The notes: generated by a model from the letters alone, not told the origin. A DNA stretch of 64,000 nucleotides from an uncultured Gemmatimonadaceae bacterium (GCA_963829055.1 CAWHHI010000003.1:256001-320000); one strand, 5' to 3'; shown: positions 34,041 to 44,198, counted from the stretch's first letter. Made by a program: numbers and translations.

Positions 34041-35921
34041 ATGCTCCGTCGTCTCTCGATTCTTCTCGCCTCGGCTCGTCAGCGTCTCGGCAAACAGCCG
34101 CGCTGGGCCATAGCAATCGTCGCGGTCGCTTGTGTCGCTTTCGGCGTCGTGATCTTCAAGTCCGTCGATCATCGGCGCTCGAACCTTCCGATCCCCGGCG
34201 TACCGTACTCGGAGATCGCTGCTGCGCTCGACGCGCGTCAGGTTCGCGAACTGTCTGTCGAAGATGGGGGAACGCGACTCATCGCTCAGCTCAGCGTTGC
34301 GCGACGCGTTGGCTCCAGCAACGTCACGCGCGTATCCGCCGAAGTGCCGAAGGGCGCGGTCGGACTCACCGACCTCGAGCGCTGGTCGGCTCGCGGTGCG
34401 CGAGTGCAGGTCGAAGGCCCAGGGCGACTCCCCGAAGATCCGGTCTCGTTCGTCGTCTCCTTCGTGCTCATCGGCGTGACACTAATGCTCGTCGCGCGCC
34501 TGAGGGCTGGCGTGGTAAGCGGCGGCAAGAAGTTCGAGAAGGTCGCAGAGGATCGGCAGCTGACGCTCGCGGATGTCGGCGGGGCGAAGGAAGCTCGCGC
34601 GGACCTGCAGGACATCATCTGGTTCCTCAAGGATCCGTCGCGCTTCAAGAAGATGGGCGCGCGCTGCCCCGCCGGCGTCTTGCTCGTCGGCCCGCCGGGC
34701 ACCGGGAAGACGTTGCTCGCTCGCGCAGTGGCCGGCGAAGCGGGCGTTCCGGTATTAGTCGCATCAGGCTCCGAATTCGGTGAGATGTATGTCGGCGTTG
34801 GCGCTCGTCGCGTGCGCGATCTCGCGTCCAAGGCCCGCGCGCTCGGACGCTGCATCATCTTCATCGACGAGTTCGACTCCATCGGCGGCAAGCGTGGTCG
34901 TCCGAACCGCACGAGCGAAGAAGACCTGACGCTGAATCAGCTGCTCGTCGAAATGGACGGCATGGCAGGCGGCGAAGGCATCGTGTGGATGGCGGCGACC
35001 AACCGTGAAGACATGCTCGATCCGGCAGTGCGTCGCCCGGGTCGCTTCGATCGCGTGGTGGAAGTCGGCATGCCGACGGCCGCGGATCGTCTCGAGATCC
35101 TCAAGGTGCACGCGTCCAAGCGGCCGCTCGATACGGACGTCGATCTGCAGGAGCTCTCCACGCTCACCGTCGGCTACTCCGGCGCCGAGCTCGCGAATCT
35201 GCTGAACGAGGCCGCGATCCTCGCGGTGCACTCGGGCAGCGCAGTCATCAGCCGCGCGCATCTCGACCAGGCGCGTGACAAGATCCTGCTCGGCCGCGTG
35301 CGCGCGGGCGTGATCGTGTCCGACGAGGAGCGTCGCCTGATCGCGCTCCATGAGGCCGGGCACGCGGTCGTCGGCCTCCTCACCTGCCCCGAGGATCGTC
35401 TCCACAAAGTCACGATCGAGCCCCGCGGACGCTCCCTCGGCGCCGCGCACTTCGCGCCGGATACCGATCGCCACCTGCACTCGCGCCGCTACCTCGAGGG
35501 CGTGATCGCCAAGGCGTTAGGCGGCCGAGCGGCGGAGCTGGTGTTCCTCGGACCGGATGCGGTGACGTCGGGCGCCGGGAGCGACCTCGTACACGCGACG
35601 GGCGTGGCACGGCGGATGGTGGCGGAGTTCGGCATGAGCGAGGAAGTGGGCCTGGTGTCCGCGGATCCGTCCGCACACGGCGGCGCTCCGTCGGCGCAGC
35701 TGCAGAGCGAGATCGATTCGGCCGTTCGCACGCTGATCGGCCATCAAGCGGCACGCGCGGAGGCGATCGTACGTGACCACGCCAGTGCCCTGGACGCGAT
35801 CGCACGAGCGCTGGTGGAGCGAGGGATGCTCATGGCGGACGACGTGATCGCGATCGCTGAGGAGCATGGAGTGCCGCTCCAGCAGAAGGCCACCGAGAAG
35901 GTCGAGCTGCGCGTCGCCTAA
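34041..35921 (+). CDS. ftsH: FtsH-family ATP-dependent zinc metalloprotease
   Basis: Two TM helices; GPPGTGKT, MYVGVGA, FIDEFD, ATNR..RPGRFDR, HEAGH; intact ORF. Confidence 0.93.
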   Translation: MLRRLSILLASARQRLGKQPRWAIAIVAVACVAFGVVIFKSVDHRRSNLPIPGVPYSEIAAALDARQVRELSVEDGGTRLIAQLSVARRVGSSNVTRVSAEVPKGAVGLTDLERWSARGARVQVEGPGRLPEDPVSFVVSFVLIGVTLMLVARLRAGVVSGGKKFEKVAEDRQLTLADVGGAKEARADLQDIIWFLKDPSRFKKMGARCPAGVLLVGPPGTGKTLLARAVAGEAGVPVLVASGSEFGEMYVGVGARRVRDLASKARALGRCIIFIDEFDSIGGKRGRPNRTSEEDLTLNQLLVEMDGMAGGEGIVWMAATNREDMLDPAVRRPGRFDRVVEVGMPTAADRLEILKVHASKRPLDTDVDLQELSTLTVGYSGAELANLLNEAAILAVHSGSAVISRAHLDQARDKILLGRVRAGVIVSDEERRLIALHEAGHAVVGLLTCPEDRLHKVTIEPRGRSLGAAHFAPDTDRHLHSRRYLEGVIAKALGGRAAELVFLGPDAVTSGAGSDLVHATGVARRMVAEFGMSEEVGLVSADPSAHGGAPSAQLQSEIDSAVRTLIGHQAARAEAIVRDHASALDAIARALVERGMLMADDVIAIAEEHGVPLQQKATEKVELRVA

Positions 35922-35986
35922 CGTTTCAGCTTGGCAGGGCTGGCATCCGGCGGCGGCATGGTCAGCTCCAAGCCGTCAGCGACCGC

Positions 35987-36105
35987 TCAGTACGAGGTGT
36001 CAGGCATCAGGTCCGCGTCTACACGGTGGGGCGCGCTATCGGTGGAACGGCGGCGGTGACAACTGCCGCCGTTTGCTCATCCTGATGCCTGATGCCTCGT
36101 ACTGA
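35987..36105. repeat. 7-bp-periodic inverted array (TCAGGCA / TGCCTGA)
   Basis: tcagtacgaggtgtcaggcatcagg ... cctgatgcctgatgcctcgtactga. Confidence 0.65.
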
Positions 36106-36205
36106 CCCGGCTCACTGCTGAGTGACTGGCCAGGCCGCCGAGATGATGCCAGATACTCCCAGACCGTTCCCTCCATAATCGACCACGCGCACATAGAGCC
36201 CGCCA

Positions 36206-36517
36206 ATGATCAGCAGAGTGTGGCACGGCTGGACGAAACCCGAGCACGCTGACACCTACGAAGCGATGCTCCGCTCCGAGATCCTACCGGGCATCCACCG
36301 CGTTCCGGGATTTCGCGGCGCGACACTGCTCCGCCGTCGGGACGGCGCCGAGGTCGAGTTCGTGACCATCACGCGCTTCGATGACATGGCCGCCGTCCGC
36401 GCGTTCGCCGGCGACGACTACGAGTTGGCCGTGATCGCCCCCGACGCCCGGCCGATCCTCGCGCACTACGACGCCCGCTCCGTTCACTACGAGACGGTGT
36501 TCACGCTGGACGACTGA
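36206..36517 (+). CDS. ABM-like (dimeric alpha/beta barrel) protein
   Basis: MISRVWHGWT..PGFRG..EVEFVTITRFDDMAAVRAFAGDDYE. Confidence 0.85.
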   Translation: MISRVWHGWTKPEHADTYEAMLRSEILPGIHRVPGFRGATLLRRRDGAEVEFVTITRFDDMAAVRAFAGDDYELAVIAPDARPILAHYDARSVHYETVFTLDD

Positions 36518-36539
36518 CCAGGCGTTTCGTCCGGCGGTA

Positions 36540-36584
36540 TTGACGTCTCCTGATACGGCGCGTATACTCTCCTGTTCAGGAGAG
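36540..36584 (+). promoter_or_regulatory. Sigma70 promoter with overlapping operator for the TA operon
   Basis: TTGACG-17 bp-TATACT; palindrome CTCTCCTG-tt-CAGGAGAG at 36567-36584; extra TCTCCTGA half-site in the spacer. Confidence 0.75.
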
Positions 36585-36618
36585 CCTCGTTCCCGTTCCC
36601 TGGTCCCGGTTCCCTACC

Positions 36619-37059
36619 TTGGCCGCCAAACGTCTCGCCTACCCGACCAGTCGCTACGACCCGTCTCCGCTCGTCGACCTGACGGCGCGCGCTGCGCGCG
36701 AGCGGCTCAGCGCCTCGGCACTCAAGGCGTTCTTCAACATCGTGGCCCGCTGGCAGGTACGCGACGAGGACGCCCGCGGGTTGCTCGGCGGCGTCTCCAA
36801 CGGACCGTACTACAAGATGAAGAAGGATCCCGACCGCGTGCTCGACGCCGACACGCTGCTCCGCATCTCCTACCTCATCGGGATCTTCAAGGCGCTGCAC
36901 ATCCTGCACGGCGACGCGCTGGCCGACGAATGGGTTCGGCTCCCTAACGCGAACCGGATCTTCGGAGGCCAGACGCCGCTCGACTACATGCTCGCCGGCG
37001 GCGTGCCCGCGATGCAGACGGTGCGTCGCCTGCTCGACGCGCGGCGCGGCGGCGTGTGA
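36619..37059 (+). CDS. Xre/MbcA/ParS-type antitoxin
   Basis: AFFNIVARW..ARGLLGG, RISYLIGIFKALHIL, WVRLPNANRIFGGQTPLDYM..VRRLLDARRGG. Confidence 0.92.
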   Translation: MAAKRLAYPTSRYDPSPLVDLTARAARERLSASALKAFFNIVARWQVRDEDARGLLGGVSNGPYYKMKKDPDRVLDADTLLRISYLIGIFKALHILHGDALADEWVRLPNANRIFGGQTPLDYMLAGGVPAMQTVRRLLDARRGGV

Positions 37060-37781
37060 CGCCAGCGGCGACGTCCCGCCGGCGGCTGCCGCGCACCACA
37101 CTCGTTCGCGAACACGACACGCACCGCCTCATCCCGTCGCGCTACCGCCCGCGCAACGAGAGCGTCCTCGCGCTCATCGCCGACGACGACGCGCATCTCG
37201 CTGACCTGTTCGACCTCGACCACGCTACCAACGAGCGTCTGCTGGCCGAGCATGACCTGCTGCCCGGCATCGGCGTGCACGAGCTGGTGTTCGGCGTCCC
37301 GAACTCTCGCGTCGTCAACGCCGCATTCGCGCACCCTCACCCGCTCGGCAGCCGATTCAACGGGCCAGAACGCGGCGCGTGGTACGCCGCCCTCGAAGTC
37401 GAGACGTCGCAGGCGGAAGTCGCCTTCCACAAAACGGTCGACCTGGCGGAGATCGGTCGGTTCGAGGACAGCGTCACGTACGACGATTACCTCGCGGACA
37501 TCACCGCCGAGCTGCACGACCTGCGCGACGACCGGCAGTTCGCGAAGTGCCTGGCGCCCGACAGCTACGTCGCCTCGCAGGCGCTGGCCGAGATGCTGCT
37601 CGATGCGGGCGCGTTAGGCGTCGTCTACCCCAGCGTCCGGCGCGCCGGCGGGACCTGCATCGCATGCTTCCGGCCCGCGCTCGTCGCGAACGTGCGGTGG
37701 ACGACGACGTACCGGTTCACGTGGGATGGTACGCCGACGCCGGCCATTGAGGTGGTCACGCTCCCGCGGCGCCCGTCGTGA
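37056..37781 (+). CDS. RES-domain toxin (putative NAD+ phosphorylase)
   Basis: HRLIPSRY, GSRFN..GAWYAA..AEVAFH, YVASQALA, GVVYPSVR; GTGA overlap with antitoxin. Confidence 0.92.
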   Translation: MTPAATSRRRLPRTTLVREHDTHRLIPSRYRPRNESVLALIADDDAHLADLFDLDHATNERLLAEHDLLPGIGVHELVFGVPNSRVVNAAFAHPHPLGSRFNGPERGAWYAALEVETSQAEVAFHKTVDLAEIGRFEDSVTYDDYLADITAELHDLRDDRQFAKCLAPDSYVASQALAEMLLDAGALGVVYPSVRRAGGTCIACFRPALVANVRWTTTYRFTWDGTPTPAIEVVTLPRRPS

Positions 37782-38133
37782 CAGCGGTCTTCATGAGGCC
37801 TAACGAGAGCCCCTCCGTATCGAGCACGACCGCCATCTCGTCACCGCCGGGAAGTACCTGGGGCGGGATCACGACCTGGCCACCGAGCCGTTGGGCCTGA
37901 GCGACGCACGCTGCGACGTCGCTCACTTCCACGAACAGCTGCACGTGCGGGTGTCCGTCATTGCCGATCGGCCACACGCCGCCCTTGATCCCGCGCTCGG
38001 ATCCGGTGTCCACCATCCGGTAACCCATCGGGTTGTCCGCGTTCACGCGCCAGCCGAACAGCGTGCTGTAGAACGCCGTCACCGTGTCGGGATCGCGCGC
38101 GAGAATCTGCCACTGCATTACCGGCTGTCCCAT
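37756..38133 (-). CDS. VOC/glyoxalase-family protein
   Basis: PVMQWQI..FYSTLFGW, VEVSDV..LGGQVVIPP, DTEGLSLGL. Confidence 0.88.
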   Translation of the reverse strand: MGQPVMQWQILARDPDTVTAFYSTLFGWRVNADNPMGYRMVDTGSERGIKGGVWPIGNDGHPHVQLFVEVSDVAACVAQAQRLGGQVVIPPQVLPGGDEMAVVLDTEGLSLGLMKTAVTTGAAGA

Positions 38134-38136
38134 CGG

Positions 38137-38952
38137 TCACGATTCCATGGTTGCGAGATCTGCTACGGGAAAGAACGCCAACTCCAGGCAATACACCTGA
38201 TCGCGCTCGCCGCTTTCGCCCTCCAGCATCTCGGCGATCTCGCGACGAAACTGTTCCACGCGCTCGGCGATGCGCCGGCTCGTCGCCGTGGAGACGGCGA
38301 CGGTGGTCGTGCTGTAGTGCGCGGCGTGGTCGCTCGAACCGAGCAACGCTCGCGCGCGACTCGCCAGCGCGCTGATGGCGCTCACCGACAGTGAATCGAC
38401 GCGCGCCTCGGCGTTTCCCGCGGCATCGACCCACTCCGTGCGAGAACGCATGTCGAGCAAGCCGAGTCGCGCGAGCCGGGTGATCGCGACGTTCACGTCG
38501 TCTACGGGGACGTCGAGCACGCGTGAGATCCATCGAACGTCCGGCCTGAAGCTCGCGAGCCGCGTCAGCTCGAGAATGGCGTGGTGGTGCCACTCCGCGA
38601 GCGAGAGCGCGGCGTCTCGGGAGAGCTGCCGCAGCTCGCGCGATGTCCACGACTCCGCCGGTCCACGCTCGCGCTCCACGAATTGCGTGATCATGTCGGC
38701 CGGCAGGGAGAGTCGCTTGCCAATGCGCTCGATGGTGCGCGCCGTGAAGCGGCGGCGGCCGCGAAGCATTTGCGACAACGTGGAGTGATCGAGTGTGAGG
38801 TAGCGCGCGAACGCTCGGAGCGAGTAGCGCGGATTGCGTGCGCACCGCTGCGCGAGCTCCTCCTGGAGAAACACGCGGAAGCAATGCGTCGGCGGCGCGG
38901 CGTCGTTGAGCACATGAGCTTTCATGACGCGATCATATCGCCGGCGCGTCAT
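38137..38952 (-). CDS. HTH protein resembling TIGR02147/DUF4423 family
   Basis: RNPRYSLRAFARYL..STLSQMLRGRR, WHHHAILEL, VYCLELAFFPV. Confidence 0.75.
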   Translation of the reverse strand: MTRRRYDRVMKAHVLNDAAPPTHCFRVFLQEELAQRCARNPRYSLRAFARYLTLDHSTLSQMLRGRRRFTARTIERIGKRLSLPADMITQFVERERGPAESWTSRELRQLSRDAALSLAEWHHHAILELTRLASFRPDVRWISRVLDVPVDDVNVAITRLARLGLLDMRSRTEWVDAAGNAEARVDSLSVSAISALASRARALLGSSDHAAHYSTTTVAVSTATSRRIAERVEQFRREIAEMLEGESGERDQVYCLELAFFPVADLATMES

Positions 38953-39025
38953 GTTAGGAACGATGACGCGGAGTTACAATCGTCGCGGCGCTCAAAGTGG
39001 GGCGAGCGGTTTGCCCCGGATGGTT

Positions 39026-39182
39026 GTCATTCCGAGCGGGGTCGTCATTCCGAGCGAAGGGCCGGAGGCCCGCAGTCGAGGAATCGAGACCAGACGCGGT
39101 AGAGAGGCCTCGATCGGGACGATCGCGATTCCTCGACTCGCGTCGACCGCTTCGCTCGGAATGACAACCCGCTCGGAATGAC
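39026..39182. repeat. REP/MITE-like element, GTCATTCCGAGC family, doubled ends
   Basis: gtcattccgagc twice ... gctcggaatgac twice; inner agtcgaggaatc/gattcctcgact stem. Confidence 0.85.
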
Positions 39183-39277
39183 AATAGCTGAGATACGATC
39201 CTGTTCTTCCGCGTCATCCGCGTAATCGCCGTTCCCCTGTCGACCACAAGGCGGTGATGAAGCATCCGCGCCAATCG

Positions 39278-39685
39278 CTACTTCCAGAAGAGGTCCCACG
39301 CCTCCTGATCACTGAACTGCGCCCACACTTCGACGCAGCGGTTGTTCTCGAATCGCCACAGCTCCGCCAGCGTCTGATCGAGCCGCTTCCCGTTGCGCGT
39401 TGCCGTCACATGGTGGAGCAGCGCGACGAAGTCCCCGCTGCCCGACAGGGCGGTCGATACCGCCGTAAACGTCCCGCCTGACAACTCGGCCATCCGCTGC
39501 ATGCACGCGGCGACGTTCGCGCGTCCGCGGACGCAGCCGCCGAGGGGGCTCGTGCCAGGTGCGTGCAGCACAACGTCCTCGGCGTGTAGCTCGAACAGCG
39601 GGGCGGGGTCGTTCCGGTTCTGGTCGAAAACTTCCTTCGCTCGTCGCACGCGGGTCACGTAAGGGTGTTCCGGAGCGATTCTCAT
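39278..39685 (-). CDS. SnoaL-like/NTF2-family protein
   Basis: AEDVVLHAPGTSPLGGCVRGR, ATRNGKRLD, WRFENNRCVEVW..DQEAWDLFW. Confidence 0.8.
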   Translation of the reverse strand: MRIAPEHPYVTRVRRAKEVFDQNRNDPAPLFELHAEDVVLHAPGTSPLGGCVRGRANVAACMQRMAELSGGTFTAVSTALSGSGDFVALLHHVTATRNGKRLDQTLAELWRFENNRCVEVWAQFSDQEAWDLFWK

Positions 39686-40006
39686 TGGTCGAAGCTCCTG
39701 ATATATGCGTTCAGACGGCGCAGCACTGATGCGGTGCGCCGTTCGTGAGGAGCAACCTAGGGGAACGCGCGCGCGGCGGGCAGCGGCCACGCGTCGGATG
39801 CTTCGCCTAACGGTAGCTGGCCGCCACGTGGCCAATGGCTGGGGCCGATCCCTGACCTTCGGCGGGTCCGTCGCAGTGTACCGACCGGCCTGGATAGCCC
39901 GCGTCGGCGCGTACTACGCGGCCCACGCGGCGTTCGCGTTACGCACGTGCGATGTCCCGTTCGTGTTCGTGCTGATCGTGATGCCGTCGGCCTAACGGGA
40001 ACGCGC

Positions 40007-40981
40007 TCACCAGAACGCCACGCGGAACGTGACGCCGCCGCGGACGCGGTGGTATACCGAGACGAACGGGATCAACACTGACGTCACGACGACCTCCGCC
40101 ACGTGGTCCAGGCTTCGCCTGGTGGCACGCAATCGTCGGAAGGCGAGCGCTGCCGTCAAGCTGAGCCAGGTCGCAAGCCCCGCAGCCGTGACGGTGTCCG
40201 CGCCCTTCCAGACGCCGATCACCGCGATCACCAGCGCGATGAGAATGGCGTAGTACAGGTACGGGCGATCCGGGCGGATGAATTCCGCATAGAGGCGCGG
40301 ATGTTTCTTGTACAACAGCGCGTCGAACATGTGCTTGCTCTCGGCGCGCAGGCGGCCGCCCCACGGGACTGGACGCACTGGGTAGACGACGGTCGCGTTG
40401 GTCGCCTCGACCACGTCGAAGCCGGCCGAGATCAGCCTGAAGAACAGATCGCTCCCGTCGCGCCACGTCGAGCGGAAGCGTGGATCGAAACCACCGATGC
40501 ATTGGAGCACGGAGCGCCGACAGAAGCAGTTCGCGGTGACGAACCCCACGCTCGCGAGCCGAGCGGCGTCGAGCTCGTAGTCCGTCGGGTCGTCCGGTAG
40601 TGGAACCACGATGCGCCCGCTGGCGGCGTCCGCCGCATCATCGGCGAGTGCGCGAATGCCCTGCCGCAGCCAGTCCGGCTCCGGAATCGCGTCGTCGTCC
40701 GTGAACGCAATGACGTCTCCGCGCGCCGCACGCCACCCCGCATTGCGCATGGCCGCCGGCCCGCGATCGGGCGTCGGTACGCTCACGTACATAATGGCCA
40801 CCGGGTGGGTCTCGCGCCATCGCTCCACCTGAGCGCGAGTTTCCTCGCTCCCGGCGTCATCGCACACGATGATCTCGAACTCGTCAGGCGCGAGGTCCTG
40901 ATGCCCCAGCGCGTCGAGGAGACGCTCGAGGAGCTCTGGCTGGCGATGTGTGATGGGAATGACGACTGAGCCGCTGATCAT
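40007..40981 (-). CDS. Glycosyltransferase family 2
   Basis: SVVIP, EIIVCDD, GPAAMRNAG, IAFTDDD, GGFDPRF; C-terminal TM helices. Confidence 0.92.
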   Translation of the reverse strand: MISGSVVIPITHRQPELLERLLDALGHQDLAPDEFEIIVCDDAGSEETRAQVERWRETHPVAIMYVSVPTPDRGPAAMRNAGWRAARGDVIAFTDDDAIPEPDWLRQGIRALADDAADAASGRIVVPLPDDPTDYELDAARLASVGFVTANCFCRRSVLQCIGGFDPRFRSTWRDGSDLFFRLISAGFDVVEATNATVVYPVRPVPWGGRLRAESKHMFDALLYKKHPRLYAEFIRPDRPYLYYAILIALVIAVIGVWKGADTVTAAGLATWLSLTAALAFRRLRATRRSLDHVAEVVVTSVLIPFVSVYHRVRGGVTFRVAFW

Positions 40982-41169
40982 GCGTTAGGTCCGGCAGTGC
41001 TACGGGTTGGCTTCTCGAGCCTTCACACCTTCACACTGGGCAAGCGACGGACCGCGCCGTCTTTCGTCGCGGCGAATTCTCCCCGTCGTGCGATCGTAGG
41101 TTGGTTTCCAAACTGTTCTGCTCGTTGAGCAGCAGGGAGCGACGGTCGCGCGCGTCGCGCTCCCGGCGC

Positions 41170-41943
41170 CTACTTCGTCGCGACGGCGATCACGCTGCGC
41201 GACGTCAGCATCGCCGCGCTGTTCATGTCGCGGAGCACGCCCGCATTCTCGGCGACGACATCGGCCTTTTTCGTCTCGAGTCGACGCCGGAACAACGCGT
41301 GCGCGATGCCGATGAACGGCCCCCACAGGGCCAGCAGCGCCCGCGCCGACGTCTTGAAGCGATCGTAGTGCGCGGTGACGGACCGGAAGCCGGCGCGACG
41401 CAGCTGGTACGCGAGGTAGTAGTACGGCACCGGGTTGATGTGCCCGGCCGTGTGGCGTGGGTCGTCACTCGAGATGAGGAGCGGGTCGAACAGGACCGTG
41501 AACCCGGAGTGCAGATAGCGCACGCGCGAATTCAGGTTGAGCACGTTAGGCGTGCTCACGATCGCGACGCCGCCGGGCTTCGTCACGCGACACAGCTCGC
41601 GCGTGAACGCGAACTGGTCCTTGATGTGCTCGATGACCTCGAGACTGCAGACGACGTCGAACGACGCATCGGCATAGGGCAGCGAACCGTCGGCGTTGAT
41701 CGGGTCGCACGGCACGCCCGGGTACCGGAAGAACTGCGGGAAGAGATCGCACGCGGCGAGCACGCCGGACGGCGGCTGCCCGAGCTCCGCCTGCACGGCG
41801 TCGCCGACCATCTTCGAGAAGTACCCTTCCCCGGCGCCGACATCGAGCACCCGCGCGCCCCCACGCAGATACGGCCGCACGAGCGCGAAGACCTTGTCAT
41901 TCGTGCTCTGATGCGAGATGGGTCGAATCTCTTCGGGCGACAT
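41170..41943 (-). CDS. Class I SAM-dependent methyltransferase
   Basis: VLDVGAGEG, LPYADASFD..EVIEH, RVTKPGG..STPN. Confidence 0.9.
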   Translation of the reverse strand: MSPEEIRPISHQSTNDKVFALVRPYLRGGARVLDVGAGEGYFSKMVGDAVQAELGQPPSGVLAACDLFPQFFRYPGVPCDPINADGSLPYADASFDVVCSLEVIEHIKDQFAFTRELCRVTKPGGVAIVSTPNVLNLNSRVRYLHSGFTVLFDPLLISSDDPRHTAGHINPVPYYYLAYQLRRAGFRSVTAHYDRFKTSARALLALWGPFIGIAHALFRRRLETKKADVVAENAGVLRDMNSAAMLTSRSVIAVATK

Positions 41944-42063
41944 GGCGGAGAATCTAGCGATCAGGCCGGAGGAAGGAGGCCGGCGAGGCCAAAGGAAGGA
42001 GGCCTGAGGAAGGAGCTATGTCATCCCGAGCGCAGCGCTTGTCATTACCCAAAACTCTGCGCC

Positions 42064-42299
42064 TCAAGCAGGAGCGCCGCCCCTTCGGCCATCGCCTGCA
42101 GCCGAGGGCACCTTCCCTTCGGGCCAGTTGGCGGGATCCGACCACCGCTTGGCGTTAGGCGGGAGCGTTGTTTCCGCGACTGGGCCGCTGCTGCTGCTCG
42201 TGGGGAGCACTTCGTCGGCGCGCGAACACGCGGCGAGCGTGAGCGGCGAGAACGAGGCGTCGCACTCGCGGCATTCGCGCGAGTTGGGCGACATGACAT
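42064..42299 (-). pseudogene. Possible truncated remnant of a G8-domain lipoprotein
   Basis: LTLAACSRADEVLP..KRWSDPANWPEGKVPSAAGD then loses coding character next to a partial GTCATCCCGAGC repeat at 42020. Confidence 0.45.
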
Positions 42300-42657
42300 C
42301 CGAGGCTACTTCAGACACAAGCGACCTCGACAGTATCGGCACGCCAGCCGCGGTCTTTAGTGATTTGTTGGGATCCAATCGCCACAGGAGGGGTGGTCGG
42401 CGCGAAGTCGCGACTGGTCGGCGGCCCGATGTGATCCTCGTCGCGCGAAATACCGCTACGGCGTTCACAAACCATTACCTGACAATGGCTTACAGCCTTT
42501 CTTCCCCGATGACGAATCGGCCCGCATTTCGGAAACGGGTTGGCGCTGGCGACGCCGCGTCACGAGTATTGCAGCTCGACTTGCACGCAACGAGCGTCGG
42601 ACGTTGGCTGGAGCCGTATGCGTGCCCTGTAACCGGTCCGCTTGTCCCTCCGTACAG

Positions 42658-43390
42658 ATGGCCATGTCGCCTGCATTCCAAGAACAAGTCCCGACGCCGC
42701 CCATTCCGCCGACCCCTCCGGGGCGGCCTGACCGTCATCACCGGGCCCAATGGAGATGTTCAAGTCGTCTTTCAGGACGCGCCGCTCACCGCGCGCGACG
42801 TCCAGGCGCTTCGCCAGCGCGGCAGCGAGCTGTCGCGACAGCTGAACTCGGCCAATGGGCGCCGTGACGAGCTCTCGCGGCAGCTCGAAGACGCGGAGGG
42901 AGTGAATAAAGCCGGCATCGAACAGCGCATCGCGCAGCTCGACCAGCGCATCATGGGGATCGAGGCCGACATCGCGGCCAACGGCCGCCGACTGGCGAGT
43001 GCGCCGGCGAGGGCTCTCCCCGTCAGCAGCGAGTCGTCAGTGCCGGCGCCGTTCGGACTCAGCTCTGACCAGATCACCGGCATCTCGATCGTCGGCACGC
43101 TCTTCGTGCTCTTCCCGCTGTCCGTCGCGATGGCGCGCAACATCTGGCGGCGGGGCTCGCGTCACGCCGCTCCCGTGCAGTCGGCCGAGTCGACACAGCG
43201 CATGGAGCGACTCGAGCAGGCGGTCGACGCCATCGCGATCGAGATCGAACGCGTGTCCGAAGGGCAGCGCTTCGTGACGCGCCTGCTCACCGAGGGCAGC
43301 GCGCCCGCGCTCAGCGTCGGTCAGAAGGCGGCGGAGCCGGTGCGCGTTCCCGACCGCGAAGCGTTACGCGCGTCGCGCGAGATGGGCTGA
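42658..43390 (+). CDS. Coiled-coil single-TM hypothetical protein
   Basis: Pro-rich N-terminus, coiled coil, TM helix, RMERLEQAVDAIAIEIERVSEGQRFVTRLL. Confidence 0.7.
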
Positions 43391-43427
43391 TATCTTCGGT
43401 ACATCCACTAACGAAGGCTTGCCTAAC

Positions 43428-43455
43428 GTCGGGCACGGAATCACCCGTGCCCGAC
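43428..43455. terminator. Intergenic hairpin
   Basis: gtcgggcacgg-aatcac-ccgtgcccgac. Confidence 0.5.
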
Positions 43456-43486
43456 GCGTCGCGGAGATTGCGGTTCATGAGGAGCC

Positions 43487-43822
43487 ATGAGTAGCAGCTA
43501 TTCGGTCACGCGCCCGACGAAGTACTGCCACGCCTGCGGCACCGTGATCGACGCGTTGGCCGTCGTGTGCCCGCGGTGCGGTGTGGTACAGGGAGCGTTG
43601 ACGCTTCCGGGGTCGGAGAAGCGCATCCTTCCGGCGTTCCTGCTCTGCTTCACGCTCGGTCTCTTCGGCGCCCATCGCTTCTACGCCGGTAAGTTCGGCA
43701 CGGGCGTGCTTCAGCTCCTGACGCTCGGCGGCTTCGGCATCTGGACGCTCATCGACATGATCATGATCATCGTGGGCGCGTTCACGGACAGCGAAGGGGA
43801 GAAGATCGTCGATTGGACATGA
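43487..43822 (+). CDS. Zinc-ribbon + TM2 domain protein
   Basis: [48 protein letters not shown]. Confidence 0.9.
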   Translation: MSSSYSVTRPTKYCHACGTVIDALAVVCPRCGVVQGALTLPGSEKRILPAFLLCFTLGLFGAHRFYAGKFGTGVLQLLTLGGFGIWTLIDMIMIIVGAFTDSEGEKIVDWT

Positions 43823-44197
43823 CGGACTCACAGCCGCGGCCGAGGCAATGACGATGGCGATAGCATCTTCGCTGTCGTGGCGCAGCTCGCCCGTCGCGCG
43901 TCGGACGGCCAGCTCGTCCTCGCGGCCGCGGCCGGCATCGCCGCCGCGGCGATCGTGGGTCTCGTGCGCCCGGACTGGTGGTTCGTCGCGCTGCCGCTCC
44001 TCTGCGTCGGCTCGTTCGGCGTGTGGGGAATTGCCGAGCGTACGGCAGCGGAGCGACTGGCGCGCCTGGGCCCGGACTTCGGCGGCCGTCGTGCGCTCAC
44101 GAGCGTGCGCCTGACGGCGGCGGTGGTCGGCACGCTCTCGGGCACGCTCACGCTGCTCGTGATCGTGGCGCGGATGGTTGGGACGTGGAAGAGCTGA
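43819..44197 (+). CDS. Small membrane hypothetical protein
   Basis: ATGA overlap with TM2 gene; three hydrophobic segments. Confidence 0.7.
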
Positions 44198-44198
44198 A

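Noticed and set aside
34041..35921. FtsH as a novel system
   Set aside because: All canonical motifs present; an ordinary FtsH-family member
39705..39995. 96-aa ORF between SnoaL and GT2 genes
   Set aside because: No RBS, motif or clear coding bias; left uncalled
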